64,000 bases of DNA, taken from NCBI RefSeq assembly GCF_963676685.1, contig NC_092346.1:88908001-88972000 (forward strand), written 5' to 3'. This document shows, piece by piece, positions 12,190-26,030 of the stretch. The DNA is from Mytilus edulis (taxonomy: Eukaryota). How positions within the stretch are numbered: position 1 is the first letter of the stretch; each line of letters starts with the position of its first letter. Below the pieces are notes generated by a model. That model had not been told where the DNA came from. It did not search any database and worked only from the letters and a program-made list of their open reading frames with translations. The position numbers and the translations under genes are program-made.

Positions 12190-14991
12190 CTACAATGTAT
12201 GTGCTCAATATATTTTTTTCAAATTATTTACTGTTGAAACGTTATTCATTGGAAAGACTTTATATTTTTTATGAACACAATTATGATGCATTAAAACTGT
12301 TGAATAAAATTAAACCAAACTATTGAAAATGTTTTTTATGATTTTGTTTTTAATAATGAACATGTATTGGTTAGCATTTATGAAACATTTATAGTCCTAC
12401 ATCCGGTTGATATTATGAACATATATTTTTGCATTTCACAAGATGGGAAAAATGAAGAAATAAATGGGTATAAGAAGATGTGGTTTGAGTGCCTATGAGT
12501 AGTCACAATTTGTAAAAGTAAACCATTATAGGTAAAAGTACAGTGTTCAACTCAAAGCCTTGGCACAAACCGAACAGCAAGCTATAAAGGGCCCCAAAAT
12601 AACTAGTGTAAAACCATTCAAATCTAGCTATTAGTCCCAGCTCAAGTTCATGCTTTTTTCTACAGACAATTTCAATAATGACATCTTTACACAGAGACAA
12701 TTTCAATAATGACATCTTTACACTAAATTGCTTGGAAGTAATTAGCATTGTGTATAAGTTTCATAAGATGAGAGAAATGAAAAAAATCAGTATTTTTTCC
12801 ATTTGTAAAGGGGCATAACTCTAGAACAGTAAAAATGATGCCACTAAAATTCAAACTTGATCTGTGTTTTGTGGTAATAAATTAAACATTGTGAATAAGT
12901 TTCATAACATTTGGTTGAGGCAAACTAAAGTTAGAGAATGGAAAACCAATTTTGGGATGTATGCACATACAGATCATGCCAAGAAATCCTCGCTAAAAAT
13001 TCCAATCGACCTCCTACGGCAGTCATTAGTAGCTTAAGATTTGATTTCATTCAAGAAATTAATTTATGACCTTCATGTACATGTCGCTTAGAACACTGCC
13101 ATATACCAAACGGTCAATATAAATCATCCATGTAATTTGCTCTATGAGGTGTTTGCAGAATTTCAACGAGGCAATTTCTTGGCATGGACAAGGATAAAAC
13201 TTTATGCCTCCTCCCCTACCGCTAGGGCATAAAAATAAGTTAAACAGAAACCGCAATGACCTCATACAAAATAAGATCAAGCAAACATACTGGAAAACAC
13301 TACACAGAAAAATAAGAATTGAGCAACACAGTCCCCACAGTTACAACAGGGTTAAAATCAAATGCTACAGAATAATCCCTATTCCTGGTAACAAGTACAT
13401 CAGTAGTTTTACCCTTTACATCCTACAATCAAGATCATGTGGTAAAGACTAATCTATAATCAACTGCAGTCTTTAGACCGAAAAGGAATTTTATCTTGTC
13501 TTATCATGCAGAACTTCAGATCTTTTCTAATTAACAAAATACAAAGACTATACTAGTCATATGTTATATAATATGGTAAGAGATAAGTTATTAGGCTTCT
13601 TCTGATATATAAAAAAAATCTGCTTGTTTTTCTTCTCATGTGCAATTAATTACTTTGAACAAATCTTGTTCTGCTCCTGTTTTTCAAATTACTACTTTTT
13701 ATATTACTCTACTTCAAACAAAACACTGATTTATAGCTAAATATTTGGTGAGTGTTGGCTGACTGGTATTTACTACCAGCAGACATCATGCTCTGGTCAC
13801 ATGACATACATCAAGTACTTTATAGTACACAATACATATACACTACATAACCAAGTGAACACTTGTATTGTCTAACATACATGTAAGGTATGCTACTTCT
13901 TAGCTTGAAAGTATTCTAAACTGATGTTCAATTTGATAATGAAATAAATAGACGCAAACAGAACAGTATACTTAATATCAATAGTCTATAGCAAGATTTT
14001 TTTTTAATGACCTATCAGAAAATTTCATAGATGCCAATGCTTAATAATTTTCTCAACTAAATATGCTTAAGTTGTGTCACAGATGTGTCAAAAATGGTCA
14101 GATTTGACAATAAAATTTACAACTTTTGTGATGAATGTTTTGTCAATAGAAATAATTTGTTTGGCCAAATAATCTGCATGGAAATGAGATATGCCATTTT
14201 ACTTACAGAACTGCATACCAATTATTATTAACTTATCACTAGTGGTTCCCAATAAACTGACCTAATCACAAACTAATACATGAAAGCTTAGCAAAAGTTT
14301 CAAAGTCAATAGACCATAACTGAGGGGCAGGGCCAAATAATCTCCATGGTAATGAGATGAGCCAATATTAATACAACTGCATATCAAATATCTTTGACTA
14401 CCATTAGTGGTTCACCATAAACTAGACCACCTAATCACAAACTAATATATTGTTGACGCTGCCGCCCCTAAGTGTCAAGCTAGACAAAAAAAAAAGTGCC
14501 ATGTTTATCTGCAATTGAAAAAACCTTTGCAACAAGTATTTTGATGATTCAGTAGGTGGCCATCTGTAAAATTAAATGTCTGTCCTTACATAAATATGCC
14601 CTCTTTTTCTGGTTGTAATCTAGATTTGCCCCTCAATTAATGTCAATTTTTTTTTAACAAAGTTAAAAGACAATCACAGACTTTCATGTAACAGGAAAAG
14701 CTATGATCAAAGAAACCCTCTTGATTAGTTAACAAAGATGATCTGAAGTGAAAAATCAATGGCAAGCAGGGAATTTCCATGACAGAAGACTATAAGTGCT
14801 ATTTACTTTTGACTTGGAGATTTTTAATATGAAAGACAACAGGAAACAGGCAAAGATAAAATTAGGATAAAAAGTCATCAATGTTTCAAAGTTTTTCCTA
14901 AAGAGTTACCTTTCCTTGAAAACAAAATAAAACAATTGCTAATACAACAAGTTACCATTGTTCTTGTAGGATTAGAAAGAATAATTAGTTT

Positions 14992-16975
14992 TGAATGGAG
15001 GAATAGCATGTGTATAAAAGCCACTCTTAGCACTACTGAATAGAGGAATAGCATGTGTATAAAAGACACTCTCAGCACTATCTGAATGGAGGAATAGCAT
15101 GTGTATAAAAGCCACTCTCAGCACTATCTGAATGGAGGAATAGCATGTGTATAAAAGCAACTCTCAGCACTTCTGAATGGAGGAATAGCATGTGTATAAA
15201 AGCCACTCTCAGCACTATCAGCTACTGAATAGAGGAATAGCATGTGTATAAAAGACACTCTCAGCACTATCAGCTACTGAATGGAGGAATAAGCATGTGT
15301 ATAAAAGCCACTTTCAGCACTACTGAATGGAGGAATAGCATGTGTATAAAAGCCACTTTCAGCACTACTGAATGGAGGAATAGCATATGTATAAAAGCCA
15401 CTCTCAGCACTATCAGCTACTGAATGGAGGAATATAAAAGCCACTCTCAGCACTATCTGAATGGAGGAATAGCATGTGTATAAAAGCCACTTTCAGCACT
15501 ACTGAATGGAGGAATAGCATGTGTATAAAAGCCACTTTCAGCACTACTGAATGGAGGAATAGCATATGTATAAAAGCCACTCTCAGCACTATCAGCTACT
15601 GAATGGAGGAATATAAAAGCCACTCTCAGCACTATCAGCTACTGAATGGAGGAATAGCATGTGTATAAAAGCCACTCTCAGCACTATCAGCTACTGAATG
15701 GAGGAATAGCATGTGTATAAAAGCCACTCTCAGCACTATCAGCTACTGAATGGAGGAATAGCATGTGTATAAAAGCCACTCTCAGCACTATCAGCTACTG
15801 AATAGAGGAATAGCATGTGTATAAAAGCCACTCTCAGCACTATCAGCTACTGAATGGAGGAATAGCATGTGTATAAAAGCCACTTTCAGCACTACTGAAT
15901 GGAGGAATAGCATATGTATAAAAGCCACTCTCAGCACTATCAGCTACTGAATGGAGGAATATAAAAGCCACTCTCAGCACTATCAGCTACTGAATGGAGG
16001 AATAGCATGTGTATAAAAGCCACTCTCAGCACTATCAGCTACTGAATGGAGGAATAGCATGTGTATAAAAGCCACTCTCAGCACTATCAGCTACTGAATG
16101 GAGGAATAGCATGTGTATAAAAGCCACTCTCAGCACTATCAGCTACTGAATAGAGGAATAGCATGTGTATAAAAGCCACTCTCAGCACTATCAGCTACTG
16201 AATGGAGGAATAGCATGTGTATAAAAGCCACTTTCAGCACTATCAGCTACTGAATGGAGGAATAGCATGTGTATAAAAGCCACTTTCAGCACTACTGAAT
16301 GGAGGAATAGCATATGTATAAAAGCCACTCTCAGCACTATCAGCTACTGAATGGAGGAATATAAAAGCCACTCTCAGCACTATCAGCTACTGAATGGAGG
16401 AATAGCATGTGTATAAAAGCCACTTTCAGCACTATCAGCTACTGAATGGAGGAATAGCATGTGTATAAAAGCCACTTTCAGCACTACTGAATGGAGGAAT
16501 AGCATATGTATAAAAGCCACTCTCAGCACTATCAGCTACTGAATGGAGGAATATAAAAGCCACTCTCAGCACTATCAGCTACTGAATGGAGGAATAGCAT
16601 GTGTATAAAAGCCACTCTCAGCACTATCAGCTACTGAATGGAGGAATAGCATGTGTATAAAAGCCACTCTCAGCACTATCAGCTACTGAATGGAGGAATA
16701 GCATGTGTATAAAAGCCACTTTCAGCACTATCAGCTACTGAATAGAGGAATAGCATGTGTATAAAAGCCACTCTCAGCACTATCAGCTACTGAATGGAGG
16801 AATAGCATGTGTATAAAAGCCACTTTCAGCACTACTGAATGGAGGAATAGCATATGTATAAAAGCCACTCTCAGCACTATCAGCTACTGAATGGAGGAAT
16901 ATAAAAGCCACTCTCAGCACTATCAGCTACTGAATGGAGGAATAGCATGTGTATAAAAGCCACTTTCAGCACTGC
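14992..16975. repeat. Minisatellite with 52/45/43-bp unit variants and higher-order structure
   Basis: About 40 tandem copies of TGAATGGAGGAATAGCATGTGTATAAAAGCCACTCTCAGCACTATCAGCTAC and its deletion variants. Confidence 0.97.
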
Positions 16976-17129
16976 TACTGTAAATTCAGAAATTATAGTG
17001 AGATTTTTATTCAATGTAACTAATGTGACTTGTTGATCATCTCAATAATAATAACTTGTATTCTGAATTTCTGATATATCTGATACTGATATCATAATAC
17101 AGATTGTCCTAAAAATGCAATAATTAATC

Positions 17130-17510
17130 ACAGAGACGTCCTTCAGCTGGCCCCTAAACAAATATATATACAAGTTCAGTGATAATGAACGCCATACAAA
17201 ACTTCAAATTGTACACAAGAAACTAAAATTAAAAATAATACAAGACTAACAAAGGCTAGAGGCTCCTGACTTGGGACAGGCGCAAAAATGTGGCAGGGTT
17301 AAACATGTTTATGAGATCTCAACCCTCCCCCTATACCTCTAGCTAGCCAATGTAGAAAAGTAAACGCATAACAATATGCACATTAAAATTCAGTTCAAGA
17401 GAAGTCCGAGTCTGATGTCAGAAGATGTAACCAAAGAAAATAAACAAAATGACAATAATACATAAATAACAACAGACTACTAGCAGTTAACTGACATGCC
17501 AGCTCCAGAA
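17130..17510 (+). repeat. Dispersed repeat fragment (SINE-like family)
   Basis: GTCCTTCAGCTGGCCCCT...AGTGATAATG...ACACAAGAAACTAAA matches ~55568-55790; a related reverse copy lies at ~50240-50365. Confidence 0.55.
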
Positions 17511-18352
17511 AGGCTGAGTGCCCAGAGAGAACTATGACCTTCAGCAGGGAGGCACTGTTGTAGCTTCTAAAGACCTGATTCTCAAATCACCTCAATTTTT
17601 AAGGGCAATTTTAAACAAGATATCAGTATTACTTTTTTGTACCTCCTACTTCTAGCTCTGATCACACATCATCCTTACGGAAGATATTTCATCAGTAAAA
17701 AACAAGTAGATATCAGTTGAGCCAAATGTTAAGAAATACTGTATAAGAACAGGTCAGGTACTATACAATTTTGATATGAACTAAAAGTTTTAACAAAAAT
17801 GGCAATTGAATGGTTAAAATGGTGCAAAACTTCTTTTTTTTTTACTATGATATTTCAAAACTAGATTAATTGTTTCAAAATCTAAGGCATTTTTTACCAT
17901 CTCTACAGACTATTAAAACTGAATTAAATTAGTGAAGTAAAAATTAAATAAGAAGACAAGTGCTAAATCTATTTTTAACTTCTGCATTTTGAAATGTAAC
18001 CATATTCCCTACCCTTATTTATCTAAGCTATAACTAAGTGCTCTTAAAAAGCTAAAGTCAATAACTGAACTTCCATTGAGAGCAATTTCATGATACATGC
18101 TCATATAAATTTCATCAATGAACTTATGAATAATGTACCAAATTGGGCAGAGAGGATCACCTCATTCAGAATTCTTATTAATTATTAATCATAAGGTTAT
18201 AACACTAGAAAACAAGAAATTTACAGGTTCAAAAACTGATTCTTACATCATGATAACAATTTATGAATAATCATGGTCATAATGCATGTTTACCTTACAA
18301 GGGCATATGATTTTTTGTTAAGTTGAAATTTTTATTAGTACGTTTACTGTAA

Positions 18353-19949
18353 GGCCAAATAAAATTAATTGATAGATTTTCATCCCCGCCCGCCCCTCTG
18401 AATTCTTCCTGCCCCGATTTTTTTTATTTTTGAAAAAATTACGATTTCCGGATTTTGTTCATTTCCGTTACCGGTAACTGTCGATAATTTCGTTTCATGT
18501 AAAATTTCCTGTTTCAAATTTCGGTTTTCGTATTTCTTAGAGTATTCTTACTGAATGATTAAGTCAATATATTCTGCTGATCTATGATATCATGACAACA
18601 TCATTTACCGAGAATAGAGATTGATTACGAGAAGGGCATGAAATATTCGGGTTACGAGTAATACGCTGTGTTCAAGAACGCAAATCCGTAACCGCAAGTC
18701 ACACCTTCGATCTATTTTATTTATACAATGACTTTGTGTCAAGAAATTTGGACTGTGAATGAAACCCAAAAGCGTAAGAATCGTGGAACACATTTAACTG
18801 GAATAAAGAAATTGACACGAGCATGAACTTTTTAGATTGGTGACCGTATATTGAGTTCAGAAAATCGACAAACGCATTTTTAATTTATTAATTTAAGCAA
18901 GCTCTTAGATTAAGAATTAGCCATGTCTTTCGTTTTTTGTAGAAAAAACAGCAAACATTATCTTTCCCAATACCCATGATAGAGTCATTAAACAACTGTA
19001 TGTTCTACATTGTAACTATATATGAATCTTGCATATTAAGGACCAAAAATTAAGCCTATTATTTCAACACCGTTTGCGTTTTCATTTTATTCTGTACTTA
19101 TCGTTCTAGCATTGCATACCAATGCATTTGCTTCATTTTATTAGGACAACAAAATATTGCTTAGAAAGAAATACATTTGATGTAGGTAGTCCAACTGAAG
19201 AGATAATTTCTCCACATTTCTGCTGTGTTCTATAAAATAGGTTTCTAAAGCGGCAATTACATGTAGAACAGTGGTTGCCAAATCATATATATTTATGAAT
19301 TTTAAAAAGTGGCACCAGCATATGGAGTATATGTGTCTCAATTGATATGTGACTTTAAATCTAGCTCAAAGTACGTTGCTTTTTGTTGAACGAGGAATAC
19401 TGCTTTCTCAAAAGTTGCTAAGACAGGGCTATAAATCAATCAAATTAAGGTCATCACTCAAACAATTTTATGGTCGCCATCATGAGCTGATAGGCCATTA
19501 TGACAAAAGTGTGTCAGCAATCATATATATCTCTGTGATATTCTTCCTCAGTCGTAACAACCTTCTATCATTACCGAGCTGAACAAAGAAATAACATGAC
19601 GGGTGTCGTATACGGGGCAGGTAATGCTTACTCTTCAGGAGCATTTGATTTCACTCCAGGAATTTAGTGGAGTTCGTGTTGTTTCCTACTTATTATTTGT
19701 AACTGTTGATGTAAATGTCTTTTGGTTTTATGAGTCTCTGGTTACTCCTTGGTTTTGATTGTTATTGTCTTATATAAAATACTTTATGGATGTATTTACA
19801 TGATATAAGCTTATTATTGTACTGCATATATGAATAACACGTGACAAGAAGGTTTCATATGAAATAAAATTTAAAAAATAAAATCCTTCCACCCGCCCCA
19901 TTTTTTTCAAAAATTTGGATGAAAATCTACTAATTAATTTTAGTTGGCC
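18353..19949. mobile_element. Non-autonomous TIR transposon (GGCC ends, TAA TSD; Zator or PIF/Harbinger type) carrying a Penelope-like fragment
   Basis: ~33-bp imperfect TIRs GGCCAAATAAAATTAATTGATAGATTTTCATCC / GGATGAAAATCTACTAATTAATTTTAGTTGGCC, with TAA on both sides. Confidence 0.85.
19310..19770 (+). mobile_element. Penelope-like retroelement 3' fragment
   Basis: Translates to PAYGVYVSQLI and LLSQKLLRQGY...LKQFYGRHHELI, homologous to the C-terminus of the relic at 54-55 kb. Confidence 0.65.
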
Positions 19950-21858
19950 TAATATGATTTCTTACATGACCATATTGTGTGTAAAAATATAGTGAAACCT
20001 GCTGTAAAAGGTCACCTCTATCAAGTGAAAGCATGTCTTGTCGATCAACTTTTTTGTACCATTGTAGCAACACCAACTGTTAATTTATTTCTTTTCAAGG
20101 ATTAAAGAAAACTTGTGTTTTTGTGAATATTTGACCTCAATAAAAATTAGTATGCTAACAATTTTAATGACTCCTCAGTATATACATTTTAAATCTATAT
20201 TTAAAGGACAACTGCAGGCTCCTTTATACTTTAAAATATTTAGTTATGACAGCGACCTTTGTGTACTGGTTTTAATGTATAAATATAAAGGCAAACAGGT
20301 AGTTGAGGAGGGATGTATATACCCAAAACACATCACATAGTTTACAGCATGCTCAAAATTTAAAATCTACTGATACACAAATATGAACTCTAGAATTTAT
20401 GTATCCTTATTTATCTTTGATTAATATATATGATACATGAGCACAGACAAGAAATAGGTAGCTTGAATTTCTCATCTTCGATCATCTGTGTATTATGGTA
20501 CAATTTTCCCTTATTTATCATTGTACTCTGTTGATTATAATGCACTACAGAAACAACATGGCTAAAGTAAACACCAAATGTGTAAGAGATATCCCTCTTC
20601 TTTAAGTCAAAATTGTCATTTCCAATTATAGAAAAGAAATTTATTCCTTAGTGATGTCAACAGACACAGACAATGGAGCCTCCCAGCATGATATAATAGT
20701 AAATTGTGAAGGCAGTCTAAATTTGCCAATGTATGCCTTTATTTATTATGATATTGATCTTTTACAGTTATTGTATTGAGATTTAAATCAAATGTATCAT
20801 TATAACAGACAAATATGATAACCTTTTGTGATATAGATTTGTAGATTAACTATTTCACACATGAACTATTGTGAAATACCTTCTTTTGTTATTTCTATTT
20901 GATACCAAAATAAAAACCACTGATTCAGATAATTGTAATTGCTTTATTTTTATAACTCTTAACACTACCTGCTAAACAAATAACCAATAAATGTTGAACC
21001 ATTTCTACTGCGTAAAAAAGTTAAAACATGAAACAATTGTATGTGACCTGCCTTACTATTTTGTATACTTTTATATATGACTTTATAGAAGTTATAGAAA
21101 GATGATTGGATTAGCTTTAGAGAATCTTGATCAGATTGGCGAGGTTACATTTGTAGTATTTTTGTACTGCATTATACAGGAACAGATTTATGAAGAATCT
21201 TTAAAGCCCAGCGGTCAGACATTTCCTCTTCAGGAAAATTGCTTCCTGATTTGTTTCCTAGATTAACAAATGGAAACCTCTTACTGCTTTCTATTGTCTT
21301 CTAAGCTAGTTGACAATTCTTGTCTAACCTATTTCAATGTAATATAATGGTCCTCTGGGGCATAATCAGTCTGCTGTTTCTCAAGGAACAAGAAATTCCT
21401 CTTCATTGTATGGCCTAGCAAATTTAGATTGAGACAAAACATCTGAAAACTTAAATGTGATTGCAAACATGCCACTACCACAAATCTTCATACTAAACTC
21501 ATCTTTAAGGACCTTAGAGGGCACATCCAAATTATATGTTTAAAATCTGTGTACTTTTCCATTTATTCAATATTACATGTATATTATAGTATATATAGTA
21601 TATAATAGTTCCAGTCTAAAAATCTTCTGTAATAGATATATATGGACTAAATAAGGATACTAAGGAATTCTTTGTGAGTTATCATTGATGGCTAATTTTT
21701 ACTCATTAAAAAAGTTTACGAAATTGATATTCCAAGTGGAACTTATACAACTTATTGGCAAAAAAACTTATTTTTGAAAAACAATTTTTGTGTCTAAAAA
21801 AAACTTTGCATGACAATGTATGTGCTTAGAGAAGGTAAAATAATATTTTCAAACTTAC

Positions 21859-21957
21859 AGTAATCTGAAATACATGAACACTTTCATCTAGGAACTTGAC
21901 TCTTAGATTGACTACTTTGCCCTTTGGAGGGCCTCTTTGTGACAATGGGTCACTCAT
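21859..21957 (-). CDS. FERM-domain (FARP1/2-like) gene, first coding exon (exon spans 22010-21859)
   Basis: ttctttccag acceptor at 22011, in-frame stops upstream of ATG 21957, gtaagt donor; MSDPLSQRGPPKGKVVNLRVKFLDESVHVFQIT resembles FARP1 GKLVSIKIQMLDD..FEV. Confidence 0.87.
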
Positions 21958-24334
21958 CCCTCTAATATACTTTCATCTAAGTCATCATACCATGATGATC
22001 TGCTTAAAACCTGGAAAGAAAAAGAAATACATGTATATACAGTTATAGATAGATCTATATATATACATGTAAGAGTTTTCCCCTAACTTCACAAGGATGT
22101 CAAACATATATAGCTCCATTGTGAAGGTTTACATCATATAAAATAAAGAGGTTTACAAATTAACACTTAATGAGAATGCTATTATTTTACAATAAATGGC
22201 TGCTTTTCTCTTATTTTTTCATTTATTTACATGTTGTAGCAGTACTTGACATATTTTTATTTTTATAAAATTGAGAATGGAATGAAAATGAAATTTTATG
22301 TCATATTCCAGAGCTTATGATTCCTATGAGAATTTCCTCCATTGATGGTTGCTACCTTTGTGTTCTATTTAGCCGTGTTCATTGTTCTGTTTTGTGAACT
22401 ATTTGTATAGTCTTTTTCTCTTTTAACGATGCAATAGTGTTGATTATATCACATGTCTGAAGTAACAGTACATGTACCATAATTTTCATTTGCTCCTTGC
22501 CATATCTTTACATATTTTTAAAACTTATTTAACATATATTTGATAGAAAATCAGTCATTGTTTGATGCAAAAAAAGAATATATTTTATTATTTTTTTCTC
22601 ATTTTGTAATAATAGTGTTAAGATGTTTCTGATAATAATAGTTAGAATTCTTGATATCCATGTTCAGAAATCCAAATTTATCAATTCATGGCACCAAAGT
22701 TTGGTAGCATTTGGCTGTTCGACCAATTTTTCACATCCAACATGTACATGTACATTTAGAATTATTTGTAAACAAAATTTAATAAACCCATCAAAGGAAC
22801 AGATTGAAAGTTGTAACAGGTCTTTTTAACATTGCCTAGTTTTTTGAAATGTTTAATATATATGTGACATTGACCTCAAAATGCCAACCCTGAAGTAATT
22901 GCAAGTATGTAACAGTTGCTTAGACATTCATCTAATCAGACACTATAAAGTTATAGGTAAAACAACATTGGTGACATTTAATAGACTTTGATTGCCAGGA
23001 TTAAAAATCTTATCAAATGAAATGGGAGGAGAGAAGCATGAATCCAGCATTTCTGTCTCTCCTCAATTTATTGGATTCAAAATTACTACAATTATATACC
23101 ATTTAATGACACATTTACTCATATTATTTCTAAATGGCATATGTTTATGACTGTTAATGGGTACTTCCCTTTTGGTTAATAAATAAGTGTTTGCTCTATA
23201 CTTGCAATACAATGTTACTAATATGTTATAAACAGTAAGATATTTCATTGCACCAATAATTTGTGACTTACCACCTCACCAGTACTGTACTGTAGTTTAC
23301 ATTAATACACAAGAGATAATTGGTTAAATGACATCTGGTAATTGAAACTTATCTAATATAGATCAATTATTGACTCTTTTAACTTTAAATTACAAAAGAC
23401 AAGATAAAAGTTCTGTTGTAAACATGGAATAACCTGCCAAAATACATTTGTACCTAAATGAACTCTATCAGCTGCTTGTTATTAAATAACTGGACAAATT
23501 CTTAAAGTACAAAATAGTAGTAAAAACAGAAATAAATCAACTGTCCTATGCTATTGCCTGCAAAACATTAACTTAATTTAATATTTAAATAAAAGTGGCC
23601 AAATGGATTGTTTGGAGACATCTGCATCAGATGTGGGTTTTGAAATTTAAGTGGAAGACATCAAAGGATGATTGTTACCAAGATTAGTTAGTTAATGTTA
23701 CATTTTATTTAATATATATAGATTTGAGATTAATGAGTGAACTGCAACAAAACATTTTGCTCACATTCATTTACATAATAAACTCTCTCAAATAAATAAG
23801 TATTTCACAGCAATTTTAGTACTTTTGTTTTACTTGACCATGCATTCCATACACAAACCACAAATATGCAGTGGTCATTTTGAAAGGCACAGTTTACAAG
23901 TGTAAAGGATTCATTGATTCTCCCTGCTTTGAAGCAAGTTTTGTGTTTTCAACAACGATTGTCTTAAGTCAAATATCTCTTTTCTTTTCTCATAGGAACT
24001 GGAAAGTATTTCTTCATTAGAAGATTGCAGCCCATTGCAACAATCCTTTTAATTTTCAACTCATCATGATACTGAATCAATAAAAGGCAATATATAAATA
24101 CAATGTCTGAGTTTTCTAAATAACAATTAGTGAAGCCAAATCATTCACTTGTTGTCAATGTTACTGTATCAACAGTTTAACTTGTCCTTTGGGTGAAGCA
24201 GAAATCTATTACCAAACTTAGAGAAAACAATAGTACTGACGAGTGAGGATCATGATTAAGTAAGAAACAGCAACGTTTCCATTATAAATCTCCTTCCTTC
24301 AACTTCAAGGTATTTTCATAATATATTTAAGCAA

Positions 24335-24480
24335 TGACTGTAATATTTTTTCTGTCTATGAAGAAATAACATAAAAAATGTGGTGCACACTGAATAACGC
24401 ACTTAGCATATATTATTTAACAGTGTGCACCACATTTTTTACGCTATTTCCAATAGACTGACAAAATTATACAGTTATTT
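24335..24480. repeat. Long imperfect palindrome (foldback/MITE-like remnant)
   Basis: AAAAATGTGGTGCACACTG...CAGTGTGCACCACATTTTT core with imperfect arms of ~65 bp. Confidence 0.7.
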
Positions 24481-24654
24481 CTTATAATTTAATTCTAAAT
24501 TCCATTTAAAACCGGCGTAAAACATGACAAAACTGTGTCTATGAGATGATAAACAAAATGACATCAGCCAATCAGAAGACGCGTTACATCCAAAATTAAA
24601 TTATTTGAAAGTATTGATCATTTGTAGCAATCAACTAACAGTGATTTATTTTTG

Positions 24655-26030
24655 TGACCATGCTTCCCTTATGACATATATGCCTTAACATGATCATCCT
24701 TCCCTTACAACAATAGGGCTTAACAAGAGCATGCTTAACCCTTAGGATAAAAGGCCTTAACATGAGTATGCTTCCCTTAGGACAATAGACCATTTAACAT
24801 GAGGATGGATCCCCTGAGGACAATAGGCCTTAACATGAGCATGATTCCCTTAGGACAATAGACCTTAACATGAGCATGCTTCCCTTATTACAATAGGCCT
24901 TAACATGAGTATGCTTCTCTTATGACAATCTGCCTTATAAACATGAACATGCTATCCTTAGGACAAAAGGCCTTAAAATAAGCATACTCCCCTTAGGACA
25001 ATAGGCCTTAACATGAGTAGCTACATTTGTACCCTTAGGACTGACAATAGGCCTTAACATGAGCATGATACCCTTAGGACAATAGGCCTTAACATGAGCA
25101 TGATACCCTTAGGACAAAAAGCTTTAACATGAGCATGCTCCTCTTTGGACAATAGACCTGAACATGAGCATGCTTCCCATTTGACAATCTGTCTTAACAT
25201 GAGCATGCTACCCTTAGGACAAAAAGCTTTAACATGAGCATGCTCCTCTTTGGACAATAGACCTGAACATGAGCATGCTTCCCATTTGACAATCTGTCTT
25301 AACATGAGCATGCTACTCTTAGGACAATTTGCCTTAACATGAGCATGATGCCTTTAGCCAGTTTAGGACACTCGGTCTTAATATGAGCATGCTTCCCTTA
25401 GGACAATTTGCTATTACATGAGCATGCTTCCTTTAGCCAGTTTAGGAATCTGACTTAACATGATCATGCGTCCTTTAGGACAATCTGCCTTACCATGAGC
25501 ATGCTTCCCTTATGACAATTTGCTTTAACATGAGCATGCTTCCTTTAGACAGTTTAGGACAATCTGACTTAACATGAGCATGCATCCTTTAGGACAATCT
25601 GCCTTACCATGAGCATGCTTCCCTTATGACAAACGGGCTTAACATGAGCATTTATTCCTAAGGACAATCTGCCTTAACATGAGTATGCTTTCCTTATAAC
25701 AATATGCCTTAACATGAGCATGCTTCCCATTTGACAATCTGTCTTAACATAAGCATGCTCCCCTTACGACAATCTGACTTAACATAAGCATGCTTCAATT
25801 AGGACAATATGCCTTAACATGAGCATGCTTTCCTTAAGACAATCTGCCTTAACATGAGCATGCTACCCTTAGGACAATAGGCCTGAACATGAGCATGCTA
25901 CCATTAGGACAATAGGCCTTAACATGAGCATGCTACCATTAGGACAATAGGCCTTAACATGAGCATGCTACCCTTAGGACAATAGGCCTGAACATGAGCA
26001 TGCTTCCCTTGGGATATATAGGCCTTAAAA
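24655..26030. repeat. 35-bp minisatellite, degenerate at the edges
   Basis: Tandem CATGAGCATGCTTCCCTTAGGACAATAGGCCTTAA, roughly 38 copies. Confidence 0.95.

Noticed and set aside
14878-16975. CRISPR array or repeat protein
   Set aside because: No spacers; the short ORFs are translations of a minisatellite.
25054-25311. Cys-containing repeat ORF
   Set aside because: Antisense translation of the 35-bp minisatellite.
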